Source of the DNA: a bacterium
GTDB taxonomy: Bacteria; Patescibacteriota; JABMPQ01; JBDRIV01
Assembly: GCA_043815505.1 (NCBI GenBank)
Contig: JBDRIV010000002.1
Coordinates: 502,943 to 566,942, forward strand
DNA: 64,000 bases
Reading direction: 5' to 3'
Shown here in pieces: positions 10,358 through 18,342 of this stretch; positions within the stretch are counted from its first letter, which is position 1, and every line of letters starts with the position of its first letter. The notes under the pieces were generated by a model. The model had not been told where the DNA came from and made no database searches. It saw nothing but the letters and a program-made list of their open reading frames with translations. A program made the translations under genes and the position numbers.

Positions 10358-11024
10358 TTTAACTAAACACTATTTAGGTAATGTAGAAGCACTGGAAGGT
10401 GTTGATTTAGAAATTGAACAAGGAGAATTCGTTTCCTTAATTGGTCGTAGTGGTAGTGGAAAATCAACTCTGGCAAAACTTCTAATTGCTGAAGAAAAAC
10501 CTACTGCGGGAACTATAAAAATTGATAAATGGAATGTAACAACCCTAAAATCAAAGAAGGTCCCATTTTATCGTCGCCAAATTGGAGTTGTTTTTCAGGA
10601 TTATAAATTATTACAAAAGAAGACGGTATATGAAAATGTTGAATATGCCTTATTAGTTAGTGGTGAAAGCAACGAATTAATTGAAAAAATTGTTCCCAAA
10701 ATTATTGATTTGGTTGGTTTAAAAGGAAAAGAAGAAAGATTTCCCAAGGAAATGTCTGGTGGAGAACAACAAAGAGTAGCCATCGCTCGAGCCATGGTTC
10801 ATAATCCCAAGCTTCTAATTGCTGACGAACCAACAGGAAATTTAGATATTTTTATTGCTGAAGAAATTGTTGATTTGCTTTTAAAAATTAATGAGTTGGG
10901 AACAACAGTTTTACTGGCAACTCATAACAAGGATTTGGTTGATGGTTTAAAAAAGCGTGTCATAACAATAGAAAATGGAAAAATTGTAAATGACCAAAAG
11001 AAAGGAAAATATACAGTAAAATGA
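10341..11024 (+). CDS. ftsE: Cell division ATP-binding protein FtsE (ABC ATPase)
   Basis: 227 aa. Walker A GRSGSGKST, Q-loop, ABC signature LSGGEQQRVAIARAM, Walker B LLIADEPTGNLD. Overlaps the prfB stop and is followed by ftsX with a 4-nt overlap. Confidence 0.9.
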   Translation: MIKINNLTKHYLGNVEALEGVDLEIEQGEFVSLIGRSGSGKSTLAKLLIAEEKPTAGTIKIDKWNVTTLKSKKVPFYRRQIGVVFQDYKLLQKKTVYENVEYALLVSGESNELIEKIVPKIIDLVGLKGKEERFPKEMSGGEQQRVAIARAMVHNPKLLIADEPTGNLDIFIAEEIVDLLLKINELGTTVLLATHNKDLVDGLKKRVITIENGKIVNDQKKGKYTVK

Positions 11025-11935
11025 AACTAACATCTACTGCGAGAGCATTTAAAATTGGTTTAAACAATTTTGTCAGAAATATTGGCATCAATTTTGCTAC
11101 CATAGTTATTACCACTCTAACTTTGTTTGTTATTAGCACGGTAATAATTTTGAATATTATTGGTAGTACTGCTATTAAATCGTTGGAAGATAAGATTGAT
11201 GTTAGTGTTTATTTGAAATCTGAATCAGTTGATGATGATGTTAACAAAATAATTTCTTATTTGAATACAAAAGAACAAGTAAAGGAAATTAATCTAACAA
11301 CCAAAGAAGAGGCGCTTAGCCGTTTGCAAACAACTTATGAAGCCAATCCTGCCATCGTGGAATCACTTTACTTAATTGGTAATCCTTTACAACCAACGAT
11401 TTCCTTCAAAACAAAATCCTTCGATGATTACGATGCGATTGTCACCGATCTAGAATCGGATAAATTTTCTAATGTAATTGATACTATAAATTATCAAGAC
11501 AATAAAAAAGTTATCGAGAAATTAGCAACTACCACCAATGCTGTTCAAAAATCAGGTTTTGGAATTAGCATTGTTTTTGTGATTGTAGCGGTTCTAGTTA
11601 TTTTTAATACTATTCGTTTAACAATATTTACACAGAAGGAAGAGATTGAAATAATGCGCTTAGTGGGAGCAACGGGTTTCTTTATTCGTTTGCCATATCT
11701 AATAGAAGGTATTATTTACGGATTAATTTCAAGTATTATTTCGCTTGTGGCCCTAGCTATTATGATTAAAAAATTTAATCCTTTTATTGAAGCCTTTTTT
11801 GAAGGAGAAGCAGAAGGGATATTAGCTTTTATGACAAACAATATTTGGCAAATATTATTATGGCAATTGGTACTAGGAATAGTTTTGGCTGTTATTTCAA
11901 GTTATATTTCGGTTTGGAAATACATTAGAAAATAA
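11021..11935 (+). CDS. ftsX: Cell division permease FtsX
   Basis: 304 aa. N-terminal TM, large periplasmic loop, three C-terminal TMs (FtsX-like permease). Translationally coupled to ftsE (ATGA overlap). Confidence 0.8.
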   Translation: MKLTSTARAFKIGLNNFVRNIGINFATIVITTLTLFVISTVIILNIIGSTAIKSLEDKIDVSVYLKSESVDDDVNKIISYLNTKEQVKEINLTTKEEALSRLQTTYEANPAIVESLYLIGNPLQPTISFKTKSFDDYDAIVTDLESDKFSNVIDTINYQDNKKVIEKLATTTNAVQKSGFGISIVFVIVAVLVIFNTIRLTIFTQKEEIEIMRLVGATGFFIRLPYLIEGIIYGLISSIISLVALAIMIKKFNPFIEAFFEGEAEGILAFMTNNIWQILLWQLVLGIVLAVISSYISVWKYIRK

Positions 11936-11971
11936 TTGACAAATAGTCAAAATTTGTTAGATTTGTAATCT

Positions 11972-12283
11972 ATGGATGAATTAAAAAAGAAAATAAATGA
12001 AGCCCTAAAAAAGGTAATGGACCCAGAGCTTGATATAAGCATTTATGATATGGGTCTTCTTTATGAAATAAAAATTGATGGTAAAAAAGCTCATCTTTTA
12101 ATGACCTTAACAACACCAGCTTGTCCATTAGGTAACAAAATTGCTGATGATGTAAAAGCAGCGGTTGAATCAGTTGAAGGAATTGAAAGTGCCTATGTGG
12201 AATATGTATTTGATCCACCATGGACACCGGATAGATTGTCGGAAGAGGCAAAAATAAAACTGGGCTACGATTCAGAGAGTTAG
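11972..12283 (+). CDS. DUF59 / MIP18-family Fe-S cluster assembly protein (SufT/PaaD-like)
   Basis: 103 aa. LKKVMDPELDISIYDMGLLYEIKIDGKKAHLLMTLTTPACPLGNKIADDVKAAV matches the DUF59 fold with its conserved Cys. Confidence 0.7.
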   Translation: MDELKKKINEALKKVMDPELDISIYDMGLLYEIKIDGKKAHLLMTLTTPACPLGNKIADDVKAAVESVEGIESAYVEYVFDPPWTPDRLSEEAKIKLGYDSES

Positions 12284-12356
12284 AGGCCAAAAGCAAGTGG
12301 CAAATAGTAAAATATAGAAAGCTGTGTGCTATAAGCTATTGGCCATTAGCCAGTAT

Positions 12357-12431
12357 TGGGGAGTAGCCAAGTGGTAAGGCAATAGGTTCTGGTCCTATGA
12401 TTCGGGGGTTCGAATCCCTCCTCCCCAGCCA
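12357..12431 (+). tRNA. tRNA-Gln (anticodon CUG), CCA encoded
   Basis: TGGGGAGTAGCCAAGTGGTAAGGCAATAGGTTCTGGTCCTATGATTCGGGGGTTCGAATCCCTCCTCCCCAGCCA. U1:A72 as in bacterial tRNA-Gln, D-arm as in E. coli tRNA-Gln, anticodon stem ATAGG/CCTAT with loop TTCTGGT (CTG), T-arm GGGGG-TTCGAAT-CCCTC, discriminator G, then CCA. Confidence 0.85.
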
Positions 12432-12435
12432 TACT

Positions 12436-12540
12436 TCGCTAAAGCTACGTAGTGGCAAGCCATAATCAAATAAAGCCATGCAGAGTGATAAGCTATAACC
12501 AAATAAAGCTACGTAGTGGCAGGGCCATATCAAAAATACA
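12436..12540. repeat. Two imperfect ~30-bp direct repeats (AAAGCTACGTAGTGGCArGsCCATAwyCAAA) spaced ~64 bp apart, immediately 3' of tRNA-Gln
   Basis: Copy A 12441-12472, copy B 12505-12537. Each contains the palindrome CTACGTAG. Shorter ATAAGCTAT motifs recur at 12330 and 12489. Confidence 0.6.
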
Positions 12541-12558
12541 TATTGAAGAGTAATATTT

Positions 12559-12837
12559 ATGTGTTATGTGTATATACTCTTTAGTAAGAAAGCTAATAAA
12601 TTCTATTATGGTTATACAAACAATCTAAGGAAAAGAATAGAATTGCACAACAATGGTAGGGTAAGATCTACTATGCCATATAGACCATGGAAATTAATGC
12701 AGTATTGTGCATTTATTGATGGCAAGAAAGCTAAAGAGTTTGAAAAATATTTAAAAACTGGTTCTGGGAAAGCTTTTGCATACAAAAGATTTCTAAATGT
12801 AGCTTTAGTGAAGTATGTCGGAGAGGAGAAAAGGTAA
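12559..12837 (+). CDS. Small GIY-YIG nuclease superfamily protein (UPF0213/COG2827-like)
   Basis: 92 aa. MCYVYILFSKKANKFYYGYTNNLRKRIELHN shows the GIY...YIG-type motif (YVYIL...YYGYT), with a conserved Arg and Glu downstream. Sits between tRNA-Gln and a duplicated copy of the tRNA 3' end. Confidence 0.65.
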   Translation: MCYVYILFSKKANKFYYGYTNNLRKRIELHNNGRVRSTMPYRPWKLMQYCAFIDGKKAKEFEKYLKTGSGKAFAYKRFLNVALVKYVGEEKR

Positions 12838-12864
12838 TCCGAAGCATTTATGCGAAGGATACCC

Positions 12865-12877
12865 TCCTCCCCAGATT
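12865..12877 (+). repeat. 13-bp exact direct repeat of the tRNA-Gln 3' end (CCCTCCTCCCCAG); att-like duplication
   Basis: CCCTCCTCCCCAG occurs at 12415-12427 (tRNA T-stem/acceptor 3' strand) and again at 12865-12877. Flanking bases extend the similarity to 16 of 18. A GC-rich 13-mer in AT-rich DNA is very unlikely by chance (on the order of 1e-3 in 64 kb on both strands). Confidence 0.6.
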
Positions 12878-13007
12878 TTGAATATTTTTATCTTGTTATA
12901 TATACACCTATTTAATAATTCCATCATTTTTGACAACTTTATAATAATAAGTAATAATGTAACCAAGAGAATTTGAAGGCTCCCTACATGTATTGGAAGG
13001 AGGTGAA

Positions 13008-13251
13008 GATGATGGTTACTTCACATCGTTTTGGTGCGACGGATAAAAGCGATACCATGCGGGCTATTATTGGTTGTCTGATTGTAATCCTGATTCTTGG
13101 AATTCTGTGCTTGTACTGGCATCAAAAAGGCATGTTGTTTGGCACTCCAAAAGCATCTCAAATTCAGGAGATTGTATATGAAACTTTCACGACAAGCAAT
13201 AATGCAGGTTGTTCACCCTTCCAAATACCATTCCAAAATGAACTGGCATAG
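13008..13251 (+). CDS. Hypothetical small membrane protein (~80 aa) with strong SD
   Basis: GGAGGTG 6-8 nt upstream of ATGATG. One TM (AIIGCLIVILILGILCLYW). No recognisable family. Confidence 0.35.
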
Positions 13252-13788
13252 CCATATTATCACGGAATGGATAAGGAGCTCTTATAGAATCAATTGGCTT
13301 TGGCTGATTCTACAAGGGCTCCCCAAATTTTCGATCTAAATCGATTTTTTATTTGCCAAAGCCAAAGTAATTTTCTAATTGCAATTTGTAATTTTAAAAA
13401 TTGTGTGTATAATTTTACACGCTAGTTCATTAAAAACAAGCATTTCAAAATAAACGGAGGTACAAAAAATTGAGAATGAAAGATTATAAATCACCAAAAC
13501 CAGTTGATTCAGGAAAAGCTCTCACTTATAATAATCAGTTTCTTCTTTCCTTCCCCGAAAATTACGCAGAGCCTACAAGTAAGGAAAAAGGGGAAGAAAA
13601 GGAAAAGTAGAAAACATTTATTTCTTGCTATCATTCGCGTTGTAAAATGCGTCTGATAGCCATTTTTATTTGCCAAATAATACCTTCTTTGCTAACCTGA
13701 AAATAGAAACGTTCCTTAATAAATTGGGAAATATTGTAATAAATTTGTATTAGTTGGTGATAACTTAAAATAGAAGGAGGATTAACAA

Positions 13789-14022
13789 ATGTCAAAAAAA
13801 ACCTACAAAAAACCGGAAATTATTACTGAAGCATCATTTCAAACACCTCCTCCGTGTGACATTGGTGGACGACACTTCACCAGTGCTTATGACACATTTC
13901 TCGGTCATTGGGGAAATCGGAATGAATTGACACACGGCACTGGAATAGAATTAGGTCCACGCAATTCACCATGTATTTATACTTATTTGTGTGGCAATTG
14001 GAGTTATTGGTCTCATAAATAA
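13789..14022 (+). CDS. Hypothetical small Cys/Trp/Gly-rich protein (77 aa)
   Basis: AAGGAGG 7 nt upstream of ATG. MSKKTYKKPEIITEASFQTPPPCDIGGRHF...LCGNWSYWSHK. No recognisable family. Confidence 0.35.
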   Translation: MSKKTYKKPEIITEASFQTPPPCDIGGRHFTSAYDTFLGHWGNRNELTHGTGIELGPRNSPCIYTYLCGNWSYWSHK

Positions 14023-14111
14023 GGAGTAAAAATACTATAAGGAAAGGACTTTGACGTAAAAAATTTTGAGAAAGAAGACCTTTAAAAACAGATTTATTGG
14101 GAGGACAATAT

Positions 14112-14300
14112 ATGAGCAATGGTGAACTTGTAATTGAAATTTCTGGTATAAATAGAATACTTGAAAGGAGATCGGAAGAAGAAATTGTAATTGTAGAACA
14201 GGGACTGCAAAGGCTTTTTCCCAATAAGGGAGAAAAAAGGAGACCAACCCGAACGACCAACCGCAATTATTTGCGTAAAAAATTATTTATGAGAAGATAA
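14112..14300 (+). CDS. Hypothetical small basic protein (62 aa)
   Basis: GGGAGG 7 nt upstream of ATG 14112. Arg/Lys-rich C-terminus (KRRPTRTTNRNYLRKKLFMRR). Followed by an intrinsic terminator. Confidence 0.3.
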   Translation: MSNGELVIEISGINRILERRSEEEIVIVEQGLQRLFPNKGEKRRPTRTTNRNYLRKKLFMRR

Positions 14301-14382
14301 TAATCCTGTTAAAACCCCACCCAGAGACATTAACTCCGATGGTTTATCTCATTCTTCTTTCTTCTAATTGCTCATTAAGAGC

Positions 14383-14425
14383 TTAGCTGTGCGTTTACTA
14401 AAACCTGACCCTCGCACAGCCCTTT
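14383..14425 (+). terminator. Rho-independent terminator
   Basis: GCTGTGCG-(loop)-CGCACAGC stem followed by CCTTTTTTTATTTT. Confidence 0.55.
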
Positions 14426-14692
14426 TTTTATTTTCAATTTAAGTGTATACTAACATTGTTCTAAGCACGGGTTTGGAATACAACAATAAAAATGTATTAA
14501 GCTCTTTTACTCGCAACTATTTACTTATCCCCCGTAAGTATGTAGTTGCATTTTTTATCAAAAATTGATAAATTAGGAACATATTTGAACATTTAAAGGG
14601 AGCAAAATAATGCCTGTTGGCATATCCTAGAAAGGAGGTTAAAGGATCTTAGACAAAAGAGTATGATATGTAAGTAAAAAGGAGGTAGTATA

Positions 14693-14824
14693 ATGCGAAG
14701 ACCAAAACCGGGTGATTGGGTAGATTATTATTGTGAAGATCCAGAAACACAACCACCTCCAAAAAAGGAAACAAAACCTGTAAGCTTTAATCCTAATGAT
14801 CATCCACCCCTAAAACAGGAATAA
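14693..14824 (+). CDS. Hypothetical Pro-rich micro-protein (43 aa); not in the ORF track
   Basis: AAGGAGG 7 nt upstream of ATG 14693. MRRPKPGDWVDYYCEDPETQPPPKKETKPVSFNPNDHPPLKQE, stop TAA 14822-14824. Confidence 0.3.
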   Translation: MRRPKPGDWVDYYCEDPETQPPPKKETKPVSFNPNDHPPLKQE

Positions 14825-15105
14825 CATTTTATGCTCTAAAACAATATAAATAATGACCAGGGGGTGACACTGCTGATTCAATACTCAAAACTCCCAAAAC
14901 TCAATTTCTACGTTTTACTTGTATACCTCCTGGTCAGAACTTTTGCTCTTCTTGGCTAAGAATAAGTTTATATTGGATAGCGCGATATTATACTGCAAAT
15001 CCCATAAAAACTTTACCTAGCCATTTTATTTGTTAAATTATAAATCATATGCTACTTTAATAATATATTGGAGTTCTTTAAATAAAATATATACGAGGTG
15101 ATAAA

Positions 15106-15315
15106 ATGAAACCAAATATATTAAAGCAAGGTAAGCAGAATAAATTTGTTAAAACAAATTTAGTGAAACCTGCAGGTTTTCCCGTCATGAATATAATGAT
15201 GTGCTCAGAACCTCATATATCGAGTTCTGACAAAAAACATTTTCCTAATTCCGCTGCCCCAAGTATTAAAAATTCTCTAGGATTGCCCGATATTCTTTCA
15301 CCAATTGAAAAATGA
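15106..15315 (+). CDS. Hypothetical small protein (69 aa)
   Basis: GAGGTG SD upstream. No family assignable. Confidence 0.3.
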   Translation: MKPNILKQGKQNKFVKTNLVKPAGFPVMNIMMCSEPHISSSDKKHFPNSAAPSIKNSLGLPDILSPIEK

Positions 15316-15328
15316 AATGGAGGAAGTT

Positions 15329-15514
15329 ATGAATAATAATCTTACAGAATTTTCCGACACGGAACGAATTAATTATTTGCTTAAAGCAAACAATTGTAAA
15401 GGAGATTGGGTTGCAGGTGATAAGAAGGACTCGAAAGAATGGATATCTTATTCAAAACCAGATTTGCATTTTAAAGAGAAAGCCGTTAAAAACATATTTC
15501 ATCCATCATCTTAA
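15329..15514 (+). CDS. Hypothetical small protein (~61 aa)
   Basis: GGAGG 7 nt upstream of ATG 15329 (internal Met of the 15305 ORF). MNNNLTEFSDTERINYLLKANNCKGDW... Confidence 0.3.
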   Translation: MNNNLTEFSDTERINYLLKANNCKGDWVAGDKKDSKEWISYSKPDLHFKEKAVKNIFHPSS

Positions 15515-15625
15515 TTCCAAAATTCGGTCATGTTCTAGTAACTTTGAAGTCATCTTTTTATAGATACTTCATAAGAACCTGACCTTTTTCTTTACTTAAA
15601 TTCGAGAGTTTGATTAAATAAGATT

Positions 15626-16258
15626 ATGAATTGGAATAAAAGTTATCGCATTCTTGAAATGTTAAAGAAATCTCCTTTGCGAGATGCTTTTAAGATTGGC
15701 AATAATTTTAAAATTACTTCACAAAAAAGATATCAACTTCTACTCACAATTACAGTAATGTTGGTTTTAATGTTTGTATTTTATGCCTTTTCTCATCAGG
15801 CACCCGATTACACTGATGCTGTAGTAATTGATTATAATAGCTTTGTGGAAGATATTGTTCGCGAGAGTCCTGATGCCAACGGCTATTATTTTGTCACAAC
15901 TGTTATTGATGGTGACACTTTTTATGTTGACGATAATGGTACAGCCGAAAGTGTACGTTTAATTGGAATTGATACGCCAGAAATTGCTAAACAAAAATCA
16001 GAAATTCAAGAAGGTGCATTGGAAGCTTCAAATTTTATGAAGGATTTGGTGGAAGGAAAATGGGTGTATTTAGAAGCTGATGAATCGCAAGGGGATAGAG
16101 ACCAGTATGGCAGATTACTCCGTTATGCATTTCTAGAAGATGGAACCCACATAAATTTGCTTTTATTGAAAGAAGATTTGGCAGTTGAGTACACCTTCGA
16201 CAAACCCTACAAGTATCAGGAGGAATTTCAAAAAGAGCAAAATGAAAATATAAAATAG
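15626..16258 (+). CDS. Membrane-anchored thermonuclease (staphylococcal nuclease / SNase-like)
   Basis: 210 aa. N-terminal TM (LLLTITVMLVLMFVFYAF). SNase core VIDGDTFYVDDNGTAESVRLIGIDTPEIAK...DQYGRLLRYAF...LLLLKEDLAVEY carries the catalytic Arg/Glu/Asp/Tyr pattern of micrococcal nuclease. Confidence 0.8.
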   Translation: MNWNKSYRILEMLKKSPLRDAFKIGNNFKITSQKRYQLLLTITVMLVLMFVFYAFSHQAPDYTDAVVIDYNSFVEDIVRESPDANGYYFVTTVIDGDTFYVDDNGTAESVRLIGIDTPEIAKQKSEIQEGALEASNFMKDLVEGKWVYLEADESQGDRDQYGRLLRYAFLEDGTHINLLLLKEDLAVEYTFDKPYKYQEEFQKEQNENIK

Positions 16259-16383
16259 TAAATACTTATGTTTTAAGACATTTATAATATATATAAAGAA
16301 ATAAATAACATTTTGAAATAACAGTTGATATAAATATTTGGTGGTAGACATTTAGCACTATTGCTTAAGTCTGTGCTGCAATT

Positions 16384-16695
16384 TTAGCTCTCGGGGGGAC
16401 ATTCGTAGTATTTAAGATCAACAATATATCTCAGGCAGTCGATAATTATAAAAACAGAGTTCTTCACATGTATAATTATATAAATGATTTTAGAACAACG
16501 TACAAAAATTATAGGAAGCACCAACAAAAGACCGAAGAATGAAATAAAAACTATAGCAACGATATTACCTATTATGGAAACTGTTCTGCGTGCTTTACTT
16601 TGTGGGTGATTGATTATTACTTCATCAATCAAATCCTGCTTATCTTCATTTACTTTAATCATTGCAGAATAAACAATGCTTAGCACAATACCCAA
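16384..16695 (-). CDS. Hypothetical small membrane protein
   Basis: 103 aa with two predicted TM helices. No family assignable. Start codon uncertain. Confidence 0.3.
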   Translation of the reverse strand: MGIVLSIVYSAMIKVNEDKQDLIDEVIINHPQSKARRTVSIIGNIVAIVFISFFGLLLVLPIIFVRCSKIIYIIIHVKNSVFIIIDCLRYIVDLKYYECPPES

Positions 16696-16879
16696 AACAT
16701 ACCAATAAATAAATATAGCGATTCTCCTTATTTTGATGTAAAGAACAATCTAAAGATAGATATATATTAGCAACATCAATTATTTTTGCAAACTCATTCT
16801 CCGCATTGACAAATTCAATAAAATAGTATAATTTGTTGAGTTAGATAAATCGTACACTTTACATAAAGGGGGTAAGAAA

Positions 16880-17371
16880 ATGCCTGAACAGCTATGTTTT
16901 CATGATTCTGAACTTACAATTAATAAAAAGCCATTTGGAATCAAAACACTTTTTGGATCAAGAATTATTTCTTTCAAACTTGAATGCAGGCACGATGTAC
17001 CTATTGTAATTGCAAAGGTAGCTGAATTTATGAATCCTAGTGGAGACATTAAGAAAGAGCTTAAAAAGGCTAGAGCTCTGTCTCGTTTTTTCAGAAAGGA
17101 AGAGGCGAGATACCTTAGTGCTGGTCTTGAAACTGAATATGATGATGAAATTGATAGACTGCGTCAACAGGTTGCCAGCATAACCAAAACTGAATTAGCA
17201 GGAGTTCATTCAGAATATCCAAGGCATAACCGAATATATGGCCATTTGTATGGACAACTGCTCGGAAGAAAAAGAAAAGAACTTATAGCCAGATTGATTT
17301 CCGAAGGCAGAATCAAATATAGCCTTGAAGAACTCAAGTCTGTAAAACTCGTTCGCACCCAAGATTTCTAG
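16880..17371 (+). CDS. Hypothetical protein (163 aa)
   Basis: Strong SD AAAGGGGGTAAG upstream. No recognisable domain. Ends at a bidirectional terminator. Confidence 0.4.
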   Translation: MPEQLCFHDSELTINKKPFGIKTLFGSRIISFKLECRHDVPIVIAKVAEFMNPSGDIKKELKKARALSRFFRKEEARYLSAGLETEYDDEIDRLRQQVASITKTELAGVHSEYPRHNRIYGHLYGQLLGRKRKELIARLISEGRIKYSLEELKSVKLVRTQDF

Positions 17372-17384
17372 GGTGCTTTTTTTT
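17355..17384. terminator. Bidirectional intrinsic terminator
   Basis: GCACCC-AAGATTTCTA-GGGTGC followed by TTTTTTTT. Lies between the convergent genes 16880..17371 (+) and 17383..18306 (-). Confidence 0.6.
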
Positions 17385-18306
17385 ATTTCAAGGGAGTTGC
17401 TAATTCAACTCTTTTAGAATCCCTGGCAATGGCAATCATAGACAAAACTAAAACGATAGCACCCAACCACTGGGTTGAGGTTAGAGTTTCATTTAAGAAA
17501 AAAGTACCCACTAAAACTGCTGAAACTGGCCAAGCTAATTCTAAAAATGTAGAACGTGAAGCTGGAACCCTTTGCAAACCAAAATAGTAAACTGCTAGGG
17601 CAACAAGTCCTGTGGAAAAAACAATAGCTAAAATATACATCCATTGATTTGGATTTACATTTGTGATTTGATCAGTTTGACCAAGAAAGGGTAAAAACAG
17701 AAAGGCAAAGATTGGCGTAATACCAAATCTTATAGCTGTAATTTGCAAAAAGCTGGTGCCTTTCAAAGCATATTTTGAATAAGCGGTAGAAATTCCCCAA
17801 GCCGCAGCAGCTCCTAAAGCAAACAAAATTGCATAAACCGTTTCTTTCCCAGTAGCAAAATTAACTTTGAGATCAGGAAAGGAAACAAAGTAAGCTGCCA
17901 CCAAGGCTAGAGGAGCAGCTGTTATAAAATATTTAGTTATTGGTTCCCGCAATAAAAAGAAAGCTGCCAGCACTGCAAACAGAGGTTGTAATTGTTGTAA
18001 TAAAACTACAACTGAGAAAGGAATAAAATTAACTTTCATTAAAGCAGTGGTATAAAATACTGTTCCCAATGCTCCAGAAAGTAAGGAAACCAGAGCAATG
18101 GCGCCCCATTGTTTACCTGAAAGTTTTTTAAAATTCTTACCGACAAATAAAACTATCGGCAACAAAAACATAAAACCAAGCAAATGCTCCCAAAAAACAA
18201 CCACTGTACTTGGCAAATCAAAAAGCTGCCTTCTTAAAAGTCCGTCCATACTCCATAGAACGGCCGCTAAGACAACAGCAACAGCACCAAAGTTTTTATA
18301 CTTCAT
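17383..18306 (-). CDS. DMT-superfamily transporter (EamA-like, 10 TM)
   Basis: Two EamA-type repeats (AVLWSMDGLLRRQL...; ...AAAAWGISTAYSKYAL...). Start set at the ATG 18306 (MKYKNFGAVAVVL) preceded by AAAGGAAT, rather than the longer 18342 start. Confidence 0.7.
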   Translation of the reverse strand: MKYKNFGAVAVVLAAVLWSMDGLLRRQLFDLPSTVVVFWEHLLGFMFLLPIVLFVGKNFKKLSGKQWGAIALVSLLSGALGTVFYTTALMKVNFIPFSVVVLLQQLQPLFAVLAAFFLLREPITKYFITAAPLALVAAYFVSFPDLKVNFATGKETVYAILFALGAAAAWGISTAYSKYALKGTSFLQITAIRFGITPIFAFLFLPFLGQTDQITNVNPNQWMYILAIVFSTGLVALAVYYFGLQRVPASRSTFLELAWPVSAVLVGTFFLNETLTSTQWLGAIVLVLSMIAIARDSKRVELATPLK

Positions 18307-18342
18307 TATATTCCTTTCAATTACTAAATGTAATTTCAGCAA

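Noticed and set aside
12336-12533. 65-aa minus-strand ORF from the track
   Set aside because: It lies entirely antisense to tRNA-Gln and the direct-repeat region. Spurious.
12436-12540. CRISPR array
   Set aside because: Only two imperfect repeat copies, no regular repeat-spacer periodicity and no cas genes nearby.
12838-13007. Possible sigma70 promoter (TTGACA around 12932 with TATAAT/TAATAAT downstream) driving the small-ORF island
   Set aside because: TTGACA and TATAAT are only 4 nt apart. An alternative -10 gives acceptable spacing but in AT-rich DNA such matches are frequent. Too weak to report as a feature.
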